DNA of 64,000 nucleotides from Utricularia gibba (Eukaryota; Plantae; Magnoliophyta): NCBI GenBank assembly GCA_002189035.1, contig CM007989.1, positions 5,022,001 to 5,086,000 of the forward strand, read 5' to 3'. Shown piece by piece: positions 1 to 10,701 of this stretch (position 1 is its first letter; each line of letters starts with the position of its first letter). The notes under the pieces were generated by a model. It saw only the letters and a program-made list of their open reading frames with translations, ran no database searches and was not told where the DNA came from. The position numbers and the translations under genes were made by a program.

Positions 1-494
1 CAACAACGTCCTATATAAACTATAATATTTTATTTTATTTTTTCAATATGATACATACATATATATATATATATATATATTAATAAAAATTCTAACTAGT
101 TGCTCTACCTAAGGATTTCTTTTTCGATGAGATTTTAAACGTTTGTTTGTTAATGTTTCTAACAAAATAGAAATGGATTCTTTGCAATTTTTGTAAAAAT
201 GTCTAAGTTTTTACTTTTTTTTGAAGCAAAATTACTTTTAAAAACAAAAGTAGTTTTAAAGAGGATCTAAATCATACTCTTACCACCTTTATAATGTATT
301 TGATATGATAGATTAATTGGGGCGAGACAATGTCATTGTAGCACACTTAATGTTTTTGCATTGGCTTTACATTAAAAAATGAGATTAACTAATGAGAGAA
401 GACAAAATGTATCTATCTTTGATTTCATGTTTAATTCAAACCAAAATGGAAAAAAGTGAACCCGAATTACAACATTGAGGGTATTGGTTTGAAC

Positions 495-676
495 ACAAGA
501 AATTGAAGAAGAAATTACAATAATAATCAAGAGGATAAAATGAGAGTTTAGAGGTCTTGAACAAATTGAGAAAGTGAAGAGCTATTTTATGTTATTTCAC
601 TTTTTTCCTATTATAATCAAGTTTGAAATCATAATTTACAATATAGGTAATATATTAAACCAAACATACTTCAATA
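495..676 (-). repeat. 3' LTR of old copia element
   Basis: ACAAGAAATTGAAGAAGAAATTACAAT...CATACTTCAATA aligns with 12298-12475; followed by a degenerate PPT-like CTTCATCTCA. Confidence 0.75.
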
Positions 677-683
677 CTTCATC

Positions 684-1905
684 TCATGATGAGTCTAGAA
701 CATAAATAAGACTCATCTTATCACATAAAAACATCTGTTTGGTGAAACTTATGCCTTTAGTTAAAGTGTTGGCAAATTGCTCTTTAGAGGGCACATGCAT
801 CATCGTGAGTTGACCCTTGGTGACAATGGTGATTATTGATTGATAATCACATCTCAAGTTCATAACTTTATCCCTCAACAGTTTGAGCTATGTGACCAAT
901 CTTTGGACCAATACCATCTCATATACATTCAGCACCATAGCATGATATCCAATGATAATTGTTGATCACACCACCACATTTTGTTTCTTGCTTCTCCAAC
1001 TTATGTCATTTCCACCAACAAATGCACAAAAGTCAGAGGTTGAGCGTTGATCATCATGATTATTTGCCTAATTTTCATTATAGTATTCTTCAATCTTAAG
1101 ATGACCCTTAGGTTTGAACTAGATTACTTTTCATAGATTCCATTTAAGACATCTAAGAATTAGTTGCACTACTGTCATGTGTTTATCTCTAGGATCATAC
1201 ATATATCGGCTGACCACACTAACAACATAACATTTTTTTTTGTCAAGTATGATAGATAAATTAATTTCCTGACTAACCTTTGATACAACTCGTTGTTGAC
1301 TAGTGTTCCTCCCTCCATAGTGAACCGTAGGTTCTATTCAACACGTTCATGCTGCCTTACAATACTACATTTTTGTTTCAACAAGAAGTTCCATAACATA
1401 CTTATTCTTAGAGATGATGATACCCTTAGGTGACTTCTTCACCTCAATGCCTAAAAAACAGCCAAGGTGTCATACCTCAAACTCCTTAGTTGTTTTTCTT
1501 TTTGTCAATTGGTCAGTCTTATCTTCATTATCACTTGTGATAAGAATCTCATCCACATATATTGCAAGAATAGTAATCTTACTTTGAGAATATCTAAAGA
1601 AAACAATCTAATTAGTCACACTTTGCTTATATTCCATAGAACATATAACTTGTGTGAACCGATCATACCATGCTGAGAGAGATTGTTTCAATCCGTATAA
1701 GGATTTTTTTAGCATAAAAACCTTCCCCTCAATTGGTGATATTACAAATCTGGGTAAGATATCCATATAAATTTCTTTCAGCAAGTTACCATGAGAAATG
1801 CATTTTTTACATCGAGTTGATGCAAGTTCCATCCAATTGCTACACATGAAAATGATATCCGAATAGTATTCATCTTAGCAATCGAAGGAAACTTTTTATT
1901 ATAGT
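684..1905 (-). pseudogene. Decayed copia RT/RNase H of old element
   Basis: Minus-strand motifs AKMNTIR..GWNLHQLDVKNA, LKKSLYGLKQS..AWYDRF and HVPSKEQFANTLTKG, with stops and frameshifts. Confidence 0.85.
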
Positions 1906-3225
1906 TGTTAAGTACCATTTTCTAACTTATTATAAGGTATTATTAGGTGTTAATCTAGTTTTAAGTCACCCAAATTAGGAGTCTTATTATTAAGTATTTG
2001 ATTTATTAGAAAAATCCTATTTTCTTATTTTATATATATTTTCTGTCTTTTTTTGTGCACTTTAACCGAGATATGTTAGGAGGCAGTCGTGAAATGTTGT
2101 AGGAATATTGTAGGAGGTCAGACTTTGACTTTTCGTGCCTTGTGTGCGACTTAGAACAATTGTGAGCGGAAGACTGATATTGGTTAAGACCCTGACTTAC
2201 GGCATGTCAGAGTTTGCAGAAATGATTGGGCGCTAACTTGCACACAAAGGAAAGTTGGTGGCGTATGCAAGACAGAAGGAATGATGGGAAGGGGATTAGA
2301 AAGAGTTAATGCACGTGGGGAGTGATATAAAAGTCACTTGGAACACTTAGCTTTTGGAACTTTTTTGACATTTTCTTTTTGTACTTAGAACTTTTGAGTT
2401 CTTCCTCTCTCCAAGGATGAAGAACACTTAGCTTTCTTTTCGTTTCTGTTTTCATAGCCCTTTCGTGCTAAAATCCTTTAGTTTGTGGGAGAAGATGAAG
2501 TTTCTTTTCAAGTCTTGAGCACTACACTCGGTCCATCACTGAATTCAATTTGGATTTTGCATACTTCTATGCGTCTTGTTGCAGTCTTTCTATAACGACT
2601 CCTAGTCAAGTTGCATGAGTAGCAGGTCACTCCTCGCGGATTTTGGTGAAGATCAAGGTGAAGAACACCAATTTCAACCCTATCGGTTCGAGGGAAGTAG
2701 CAGATTGTTTGTGGTCTAGGTACCGCAATAGTGGATAGGTTGTGACCTCAGACCTGCTACTGGCTATTGGCAATAGTTGGGCACACGCGCGCAATTCAGT
2801 TTTGAAGGCAATCGAAGGCAATCCTCTTGTCTTCCTAATCGTCCAAGGGGAATTACATGAGGCTATTCCCGTGCCTCTTTGTCAATGAGAGTGTAAGGGA
2901 GAGTAGGCTATTCCTTGCTCTTATAATCAGCAATTGGGAAGAAATCAATGAAAACCAAGACAAGGATAGACAAAGGAAGGAGACGGAATCTCAAAAACCT
3001 CTTTTGCAACTTTTAGCAATTCCCATAGTCAAGACCCATCACTTAGGTTGTAACTTTTATTTCTACGTCTCAAAAACCTCTTTTGCAAAACTGTGACATT
3101 TTGTAAAAGTTTCTTACGAAATAATTTTCACGAAAAAGAACTCCCTGAGATCGATACTTGTACTATGCTCTTTTGTGTTTTAAGTTTTAAATATTTAAAA
3201 TTTGTTGAGGAAACGACACACATCA
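1906..3225 (+). mobile_element. Solo LTR, family B (Ty3-like), inserted in RT of old copia
   Basis: TGTTA...CATCA termini; near-TSD ATAGT/ATATT (1 mismatch). It splits the copia motif AKGYNQTYGI(E/D)Y|NKKF exactly. TATA-like GATATAAAAG near 2325. Homologous to 22812-23903. Confidence 0.8.
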
Positions 3226-4243
3226 ATATTCAATCCCATATGTTTGGTTATAGCCTTTGGCTACTAATTTAAACTTTCACCTCTCTATATTTATCTTGTA
3301 TTAATCTTTAGATTGTGAAGCATTTGCACCCAACCATTTTCTTACCTTTAGTCAAGGGTACGAACTCATAGGTGTCATTTTTTTCAAGTACACTCATTTC
3401 TTCCTTCATTGATGCTCACTATTTTGGATCTTGTTTTACCTTCAAATTCTTTGAAATACTAGACATAAGTGCAGTATATATGCCCATTCATCAAATATTT
3501 TAAGTGTCATTCCAGCATTCTACCAAGTTGATCTTCTTATTGTTGGTAGTGTAGTTGTTGAAGGTGAGTTGACTTGATAATCTAGCCCAAATAGAGTTAG
3601 TTGATCAGATTCAAAGTTGTTGGAGTAGTGGGAATGTGGTAATTTTCAAGAGTTTCCCTTGTAATAACTGCTATAAGTGTGGAATTATGCAAAGGTTTAA
3701 CCAATAGTATTGGGTTTTCTCTTTCTATTGTTGGACAGAATGTGATATTTTCCTCCAATATGATATCTATGCTTATAAAAAATCTTCTTTCTTGTAGATA
3801 GTAGCATTTATATCCTTTTTGTTCAACTGAATAACCCACAAAAATGCACCTCACTACTTATGGGCCAAGTTTATTCTATTTGGCCTATAATCTCTCAATC
3901 TCTCATAACACAGCTTTGATGGAATTATAAAATTGTTGTTGCCAAGAAAAGTTTCAACTGGAGTTTTTCTTCACAATAACTTGAGATGGCATTCAATTGA
4001 TTAAATAGGTCGTTGTCATGATAGCTTTACACTGCAAAATTTTAGTACATTAATCTCTAGTATAAATAATCTAATTAACTCAAGTAAATGCCAATTTTTG
4101 CTCTCTACTACCTCATTTTGTGCAGATATATATGAGTAAGTCAATTGGTGTAAACTCCCTTCTTTGACTAAGTAAATAGAAAAATCTTAATTTACATATT
4201 CAAAATCATTATCTGTTCGTAAAATCTTAATGTCAGTCTCAAA
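3226..4243 (-). pseudogene. Decayed copia integrase C-half and RT N-terminus of old element
   Basis: FETDIKILRTDN at the 4243 edge, RCIFVGYSVEQKGYKCY (ORF 3597-3854), MKEEMSVLEKNDTYEFV, LVAKGYNQTYG. Confidence 0.85.
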
Positions 4244-4563
4244 TGTTGTTGCAAGAAAAATAGAGTCTTGGGAAGTAACGAAAAGGTAGTGCTTATGAGA
4301 TCACCTTGGATGAAAAACGACTCATGAACAATAAGAATGACCGAAAACCTAGTTAACACGCATTCCTAGTAGGGTTTATATATACCCAATACCTAGGTTA
4401 CCCAACAGTGGGCCACAATCATTGAAAACACACAAAAAGCCCAACAACTCGAACCCAACAATTCCATGCTCGAACCCAACTCGTTTTTATCTGAAACATG
4501 ACATTATGACACAAGATTAATGCCAATCACCTTCAACCTTTGGATTGAGGCTGATCTCCAACA
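4244..4563 (-). repeat. 3' LTR of young copia
   Basis: TGTTGTTGCAAG...GATCTCCAACA, nearly identical to 8899-9223. Confidence 0.97.
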
Positions 4564-4583
4564 CCCCTCCCCCCCCCCCCCCC
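4564..4583 (-). promoter_or_regulatory. Polypurine tract of young copia
   Basis: C-rich run (G-rich on minus strand) directly abutting the 3' LTR. Confidence 0.9.
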
Positions 4584-4714
4584 AAACCGAGATCTCCCAA
4601 CTTGAGAAAGTCTTCCATAGTCATGAAATTCATGTTCTTCCTTGCTAGCTCAAACTGAACTTTGTTCAAACCTTTGGTGAGCCCATTAGAAGGCTGATTC
4701 CCACTCTCAACATA

Positions 4715-6055
4715 CTACACTTTAATCTTCTTCTCCTTGATGTAATTCCTTATGACATGATACCTGATTCTTATGTGTTTGGCTTTACTGAAGTTCGTCG
4801 GATCCTTGGCAATGGAGATTGCAGCTCGAGTATCCATAAGCTGATGTGTAGCTTCCTTTTGTATGAATCCAAGTTTGTTTAACATCTGCCTCAACCAAAC
4901 ACCATAGTTCGAAGCATGTGCTGCTGAGATGTATTCTGCTTCAGCTGTTGATTGTGCTGCCACCTTTTGTTTCTTCGAAAACCAGACTATAGGGGTCTTA
5001 TTTAAGAAGAAGAGTGCACCAGATGTACTCTTGCTATCTTCAGCCATACCATAATCACTATCTGAATAGGCTCTAAGTTTCAAGACTGATTTTTCGCCTT
5101 CATAGGGATAGAACAATCTGAAATCAGTAGTAGATTTTATGTACTTGAAAGCTCTTTTCACAGTTGCCATGTGAGTTGTTGTTGGTTTATTAAGGAAGCG
5201 AGATAAGACATTTACACAAAAACACAAGTCAGGCCTTGTATGCTGGAGATAAATGAGGCTTCCAATCATACTTCTATAAGTAGTGGCATCCACATTCTTT
5301 CCCTGATTGTTCTCTCCAATCACCTGTTTGTAATCCAAAGGCGTTTTTGAAGGATTGACATCTTTGAACCCAAACCTTTCAAGAAGTTCATTACAGTACT
5401 TTTTCTGAGATATGAATGTTCCAACACCTTCAAGTTGATGAATTTCCATGCCTAGATAATAGGACATCATTCCAAGGTCAGTCATCTTGAATTCATTTTT
5501 GAGTAGAGCTTTGAATTCCTCAATCTTCCTTTCATTACATGAGGTAATCATAAGATCATCCACATATAAGCTAATAAATAACCGATCATCTTCTTTTCCT
5601 TTAACATATAGTGAGTAATCACTATATGTTTTTCTGAAACCAATACCCTGGAGAAAGTTATCCATGCGTTCATTCCATGCTCTAGGAGCTTGCTTCAACC
5701 CATAGAGAGATTTCTTTAGCTTCAATACCTTGTCTTCATGACCTGACACTTCGAAGCCCTTTGGTTGTTTAACAAAAACAACCTCCTCCAGCACACCATT
5801 CAAGAACGCAATCTTGACATCCATGTGATACACTTTCCATCCATGAGCACCTGAAATGGCAATAAGTACTTTAATCGTGTCAAATATTGCTACTGGTGCA
5901 AAAATCTCATGAAAATTTATTCCTTTGATCTGACTATATCCCTTGGCTACTAATCTAGCCTTATATTTGTTGATAGAACCATCTGCATTAATCTTGGTTT
6001 TAAATAACCATTTGAGGCCAATATGTTTGAAACCCCCTATCCTTGGGTTTATCAA
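4715..6055 (-). CDS. Copia pol fragment: reverse transcriptase + RNase H
   Basis: 446-aa ORF with KARLVAKGYSQ, HMDVKIAFLNG, YGLKQAPRAW, LYVDDL, YSDSD, STAEAEY, KHIRIRYH. Out of frame with the upstream pol ORF near 6040. Confidence 0.92.
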   Translation of the reverse strand: MINPRIGGFKHIGLKWLFKTKINADGSINKYKARLVAKGYSQIKGINFHEIFAPVAIFDTIKVLIAISGAHGWKVYHMDVKIAFLNGVLEEVVFVKQPKGFEVSGHEDKVLKLKKSLYGLKQAPRAWNERMDNFLQGIGFRKTYSDYSLYVKGKEDDRLFISLYVDDLMITSCNERKIEEFKALLKNEFKMTDLGMMSYYLGMEIHQLEGVGTFISQKKYCNELLERFGFKDVNPSKTPLDYKQVIGENNQGKNVDATTYRSMIGSLIYLQHTRPDLCFCVNVLSRFLNKPTTTHMATVKRAFKYIKSTTDFRLFYPYEGEKSVLKLRAYSDSDYGMAEDSKSTSGALFFLNKTPIVWFSKKQKVAAQSTAEAEYISAAHASNYGVWLRQMLNKLGFIQKEATHQLMDTRAAISIAKDPTNFSKAKHIRIRYHVIRNYIKEKKIKV

Positions 6056-7351
6056 CTAACTCCCATGTTTCATTTTCAAGTATAGAATTCATTTCTTCCT
6101 TCATAGCCTCTCTCCATTTCAAGTGAAACAGAGGGAGGTGAATCAATAGAGAAATTAGAAAAGAAGTTTGAAGTGCTATTGATTTAGCTACGCCAACCGC
6201 ATGCAAAGGAAAAAAAAAATGATTTTGTACAGCCACTTCAAATGATGTTGGATCTCCTGTCAATAATCCAGCCAAAATATCAGCTACAGCATCTTGGACA
6301 TCATCATTCAACTTGGAGAAACTTATTGTAGGAGCCTTGTTTCTTTTGCTTCTTCTAATGTCAGTAACATGACTATCTTCATTATCTATTGAATCTCTGA
6401 TGTTTTTGCGTTTCCTCCTTTGCCAATCACGATCAGATGGGTAATCAGTATCAGGTTCCTCTCCATCAGATTCATCTGTTGATGAGTCTTCTGCATTCGT
6501 GCGTTGCTCCTCTTTTGGGATTTCGAAATTCCCATCTGAATGTAGATCATTAGCTTGATGAGATTGTCCATATAGGGGTTCAGAGTTTGATTCTGAATTC
6601 TCATTGGACGAGTCATCTTGATTTATGACCTTCTCCTCCTCTGAAGCTGGAAAATTCTCATCTGAATGCTGATCATTTACTTGATTTGAATCTTCATGAA
6701 TGAGTTCTGAAGTTTCTTGGTTTCTTGAATTCCTGGAAGAGAAGTTTTGGGGCATGTGTGTCCAGAGGTCTCCTTACCTATGGGTGGTATGCCTTCCATG
6801 ACTTTTATGAGCTTCTGCATCATTCAGATAAATGCAATCATCAATTAAAGTATATCTTGCACCTTCATCAAAAGTGACATCATGGCTGAAGATAAATTTC
6901 TTCTATTGAGGTAGATAAACTTTATATCCCTTGGTAGTGTTGCTATAACCAACAAATACACTAGATACAGATTTCTTGTCAAGTTTTCCTCGTTTCTGGT
7001 TTGGTACATGAGTAAACACAGACTACCAAAGATTTTGAATGGATCAACCTTTTTAATATAACCATGCCATTTTTCATGCGCGGTTTTTCCACTAATCGCC
7101 CTTGAGGGAAGCAAGTTCAATAGATATACAGATGTAGATACCGCTTCAGCCCAGAAATTCACAAAAAGATCTTTCTCAAACAATAGGCATCTTGACATAT
7201 CAAGGATTGTTCTGTTTCTCCTTTCACATATACCATTCTGTTGTGGAGAATATGGTACGGTGAATTGATGCATGATTCCCTCATTTTCACAGAACATTCT
7301 CATGCTATTATTGTAGAATTCACCTCCATTGTCTGATCTAATCATTTTCAA
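6000..7351 (-). pseudogene. Copia integrase C-half and INT-RT linker (frameshifted)
   Basis: IRSDNGGEF, VPYSPQQNGICERRNRT, FWAEAVSTSVYLLN (ORF 6845-7351); PTSFEVA...KWREAMKEEMNSILENETWELV (ORF 6000-6755). Confidence 0.9.
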
Positions 7352-7417
7352 AGAACATCCACTCTAATTCTCAATCATCACTTTGAATTTTCGAAAGATA
7401 TGAGGAACTTCTGACTT

Positions 7418-8837
7418 TTACTGTTTCAGGTTTGGTGAATAATAAGCATCATCAACTTGAACAATTCCTTCTTTTAGCAAGAGTAAAATGCTTCCTTTGC
7501 CCACAATTCCAATATTTTCACCAGTGCACGTGCTTACCTCCTTCCCAATCTTTTCAAGCTTGAGAAATGACCTTGTATCACAACATACGTGATAGGAGGC
7601 ACCTGAGTCCAAGTACCAGCATTTAGCATCTGAGGCTACTGTCATTAGAGCACACTCATACTCAACAGGATCTTCAAAAGATATTTCTGGCTCATCTTCA
7701 AAGTAGGTAAATGATGCATGTGATTTCTCTTCCCTGGAAGTAGCCTTCTTGTTATGCTCAACTTTTATTGGATTTGACATTCCACATACCTTGTCAAGAT
7801 GGCCTCTTTGATTGCATTTCGTGCATAAAGCATCAGGCTTCCACCAACAAAACTCACTCCTATGATTCTGTTTGTTGCAATGCTTGCAAGCATTTGTGCT
7901 TAAAGTCCAACAATCTTCACTCTTATGGTTGGATTTGTCACAATGCCTGCACTTCTGATTGCCCATCGTTGATGTTGGGATTGACGTTGGTGATTGATTG
8001 ATGGCTGTTGACTTGACATCCTTGACATTGTTAATTGCACATGAGGTTATATTCATAATCTGCATTTTGGTGAGGAGAGCAGCTTCACCATAAGTTTTAT
8101 CAACTTCATAACCATCTCTTAGCTCCAATCTCTTTTCTGTAGATTGCAACTCAATCATGAACTCTCTAAATGTTGGCTCTGGTATAACAGGATATTCAGG
8201 ATACAACTGATGGAGCTTTCCTTCAATAATGTCAAGGATTTTTCTTTTTGTCTCAAGTGCACATAACTTTGGCTAGAATCTTGCAGGTAGGCTTATGATT
8301 GTCTTGCTAATCACCTTTTGATCCTCAAGTTTTTCCCCCAATCCTCGAATCTCTTCACAAGCTTCGCAGTACGTTCATAATAGACTTGTATGGTTTCATT
8401 GTCTAACATTTTGTTCCTCTCAAAGTCCTCCAACTTGTTTTTGCATAATATCTCTCTGAGTTTGGCATTGCCTTCTTCTTATAATGGGATTTGAGAGTAT
8501 TCCATATTTCTTTTGCTGATTGACACTCTGCAATATCATCAAATAGATGTTCAGAGATGGCTTGATACAAGGCATCCATTGCTTCATCTTTTCTCTGTTG
8601 AAGATACTCAGCTTCCTCTTGCTGTTCTGATGTGGATTTGCTTGTTATTGTAATAGGCGGAATCTCCCTTTCGACAACATCCCAAATCTTTCTGACCCGA
8701 AGGTAGCTGCGCATCTTTTTGACCCAGCTTGCATACTCTAAACCATCAAATATTAGAGGTCCTCTACCAGATGCCATCATAGCCACCGCTTGACAAGCTT
8801 TGGGTTGATACTTGGTAATCCACCAATTAAAAAACAC
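7418..8837 (-). pseudogene. Copia gag + protease (frameshifted)
   Basis: FDGLEYASWVKKMRSYL and SAKEIWNTLK (ORF 8403-8837); three CX2CX4HX4C knuckles and WYLDSGASYH protease motif (ORF 7418-8206). Confidence 0.9.
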
Positions 8838-8886
8838 TGAACGGTAAATAAAATACTAAAACGAACACAGGTTTGAGAACCTTACT

Positions 8887-8898
8887 GCTCTGATACCA
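8887..8898 (-). promoter_or_regulatory. Primer binding site (initiator tRNA-Met)
   Basis: Reverse complement TGGTATCAGAGC immediately inside the 5' LTR. Confidence 0.95.
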
Positions 8899-9223
8899 TG
8901 TTGTTGCAAGAAAAATAGAGTCTTGGGAAGTAACGAAAAGGTAGTACTTATGAGATCACTTTGGATGAAAAACGACTCATGAACAATAAGAATGACCAAA
9001 AACCTAGTTAACACGCATTCCTAGTAGGGTTTATATATACCCAATACCTAGGTTACCCAACAGTGGGCCACAATCATTGAAAAAACACACAAAAAGCCCA
9101 ACAACTTGAACCCAACAATTCCATGCTCGAACCCAACTCGTTTTTATCTGAAACATGACATTATGACACAAGATTAGTGTTTCCAATCACCTTCAATCTT
9201 TGGATTGAGGCTGATCTCCAACA
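8899..9223 (-). repeat. 5' LTR of young copia
   Basis: Partner of 4244-4563; followed by TSD TCAAA. Confidence 0.97.
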
Positions 9224-9228
9224 TCAAA

Positions 9229-9770
9229 TTGAGTTTTCACAAATATTTAAAAGTCTTGATAACATTTTAATACTTCATCCTTGTGTTTCGACATATACAC
9301 TCATGTTATGCAAAAATAATAGTCAATAAAGGTAACAAATTATTTGAATCCATTTATTTAAACAATTGGACATATATACTCCAAACATATGAATGTACAA
9401 GATAAAAAAGTTTCATACTTCATTTCTTAATAGAGAGATAGCTATTTTTTGTACACTTACTAATCTTGTATGTCTCGCAAAATAACCTACTCAGATTAAT
9501 ATGTTTCATCATGTCCAATCCTACAATATTGCAGCATAAGATTTTCAAAAGTAGTACCAGCTAGGTAATAGTTTATGAGTCCATCATCCACACACCATTA
9601 TTCCTCATCCTGAGTTCCAAATAACACTACCATATAAATAACACTCATTTTCATTAAAAGCTTCAATGCGATTCAGTTCATCTACCATATAACTAACTAT
9701 AACAAATTGATTAGAAACAAAGGAACACAAAGCGTATAACTTCAAAGATAAGAGTCAAATACAATGTAGA
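9229..9770 (-). pseudogene. Decayed protease-distal/integrase N-half of old copia
   Basis: Degenerate LSLKLYAL..SNQFVIVSYMVDELN and HMFGVY (DVWG-like) motifs continue the frame broken at 4243. Confidence 0.65.
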
Positions 9771-9774
9771 CATT

Positions 9775-9960
9775 ATTCAAGGAAAGCAATATGTGGAAGG
9801 TAGGAGGGTAAATAAATTCCTCAAGGGAGTAAATTCCAAGTTTGAGAATCGAAGAGCATTGATATGTCACCTCAAGGAATGATACTCATTGGATGAAGTT
9901 GTAGCTACAATGGAATAAGAAGAAATTAAGCAAAAATTCATGATGGACAAAGTGGCTAGG
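9775..9960 (+). pseudogene. Copia gag C-terminal fragment, inverted relative to the host element
   Basis: Plus-strand EGRRVNKFLKGVNSKFENRRALICH..SLDEVVATME*EEIKQK resembles the copia gag RV..FL.GLN.EFE..R...SL.EA...EE motif. Confidence 0.7.
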
Positions 9961-10025
9961 ACTATGCTTCCCAAAACCCTTTAGTTTTTAAAATCGACTC
10001 AATCATATTTGCAATAGATAGAGGG

Positions 10026-10553
10026 TGAAACAGAGGCTAGCAATCCTGTTGAGCTTTGGCCAATTGAGCAGGCAAGGTTTTGACATTGAGCTGATGAAGG
10101 ATGCTGGTGGTATAACCACTAAAGTTAAGGTTGCTGATCCAAAAACGAAGATTGAATTCTATGCTGTGTTGGCCACCTACAACCTCTACCAAATCATGGT
10201 CAGCGATCATAAAAGTTGTATTTTCTCACTTCAGGATCAAAGCAGCCTTTGGCACAAACGTTTTGGGCACTATGGTTTCAACAATCTGAAAATATTGCAA
10301 AAGAATAAGGAAGTACTGGAATTGAAAGACATCAAGTTTGCTAATGCCATATGTGAAGTGTGTCATCAAGGTAAACAGTGTACAAAGCCCTTTTATTCCA
10401 GTGATTCAGTAGCAAAGGAGAAATTAGAGCTCGTGCATACAGATGTTTGTGGACCATTTAAGGAATGTTCATTAGGGGGGAGTAGATATTTTGTTACATT
10501 CATTGATGATTATTCACGTTATTGTTGGGTTTACTTTCTTGATTCACAAGTCA
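10026..10553 (+). mobile_element. Displaced copia pol segment (GAG-pre-integrase + integrase N-half)
   Basis: ORF 10025-10564: LLSFGQL, LWHKRFGH..ICEVCHQGKQ, LELVHTDVCGP, YFVTFIDDYSRYCWVYFL. This is the part absent from the young element. Confidence 0.9.
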
Positions 10554-10701
10554 AGACCAATTAAGATAATTTTTTTATTTGAAACTTGAACTCCAAAAAT
10601 AGTAACTCAATTTGACCTAGGTTTACCTTACTTTGGATAGCAATAGACTTAGTCGATCTTTGTACCATATCTTCTAATTGCATTTTGAATAACATAGTCA
10701 T

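Larger units (their letters stand above)
4244..9223 (-). mobile_element. Young Ty1/copia LTR retrotransposon, non-autonomous (frameshifts, internal deletion)
   Basis: TG...CA LTRs of 320 and 325 bp differing by 6 substitutions and 2 indels. Perfect TSD TCAAA (4239-4243, 9224-9228). PBS and PPT present; gag-PR-INT-RT-RH order. Confidence 0.97.

Noticed and set aside
130-282. Possible Tourist-like MITE
   Set aside because: Inverted ends too degenerate to call; TSD ambiguous.
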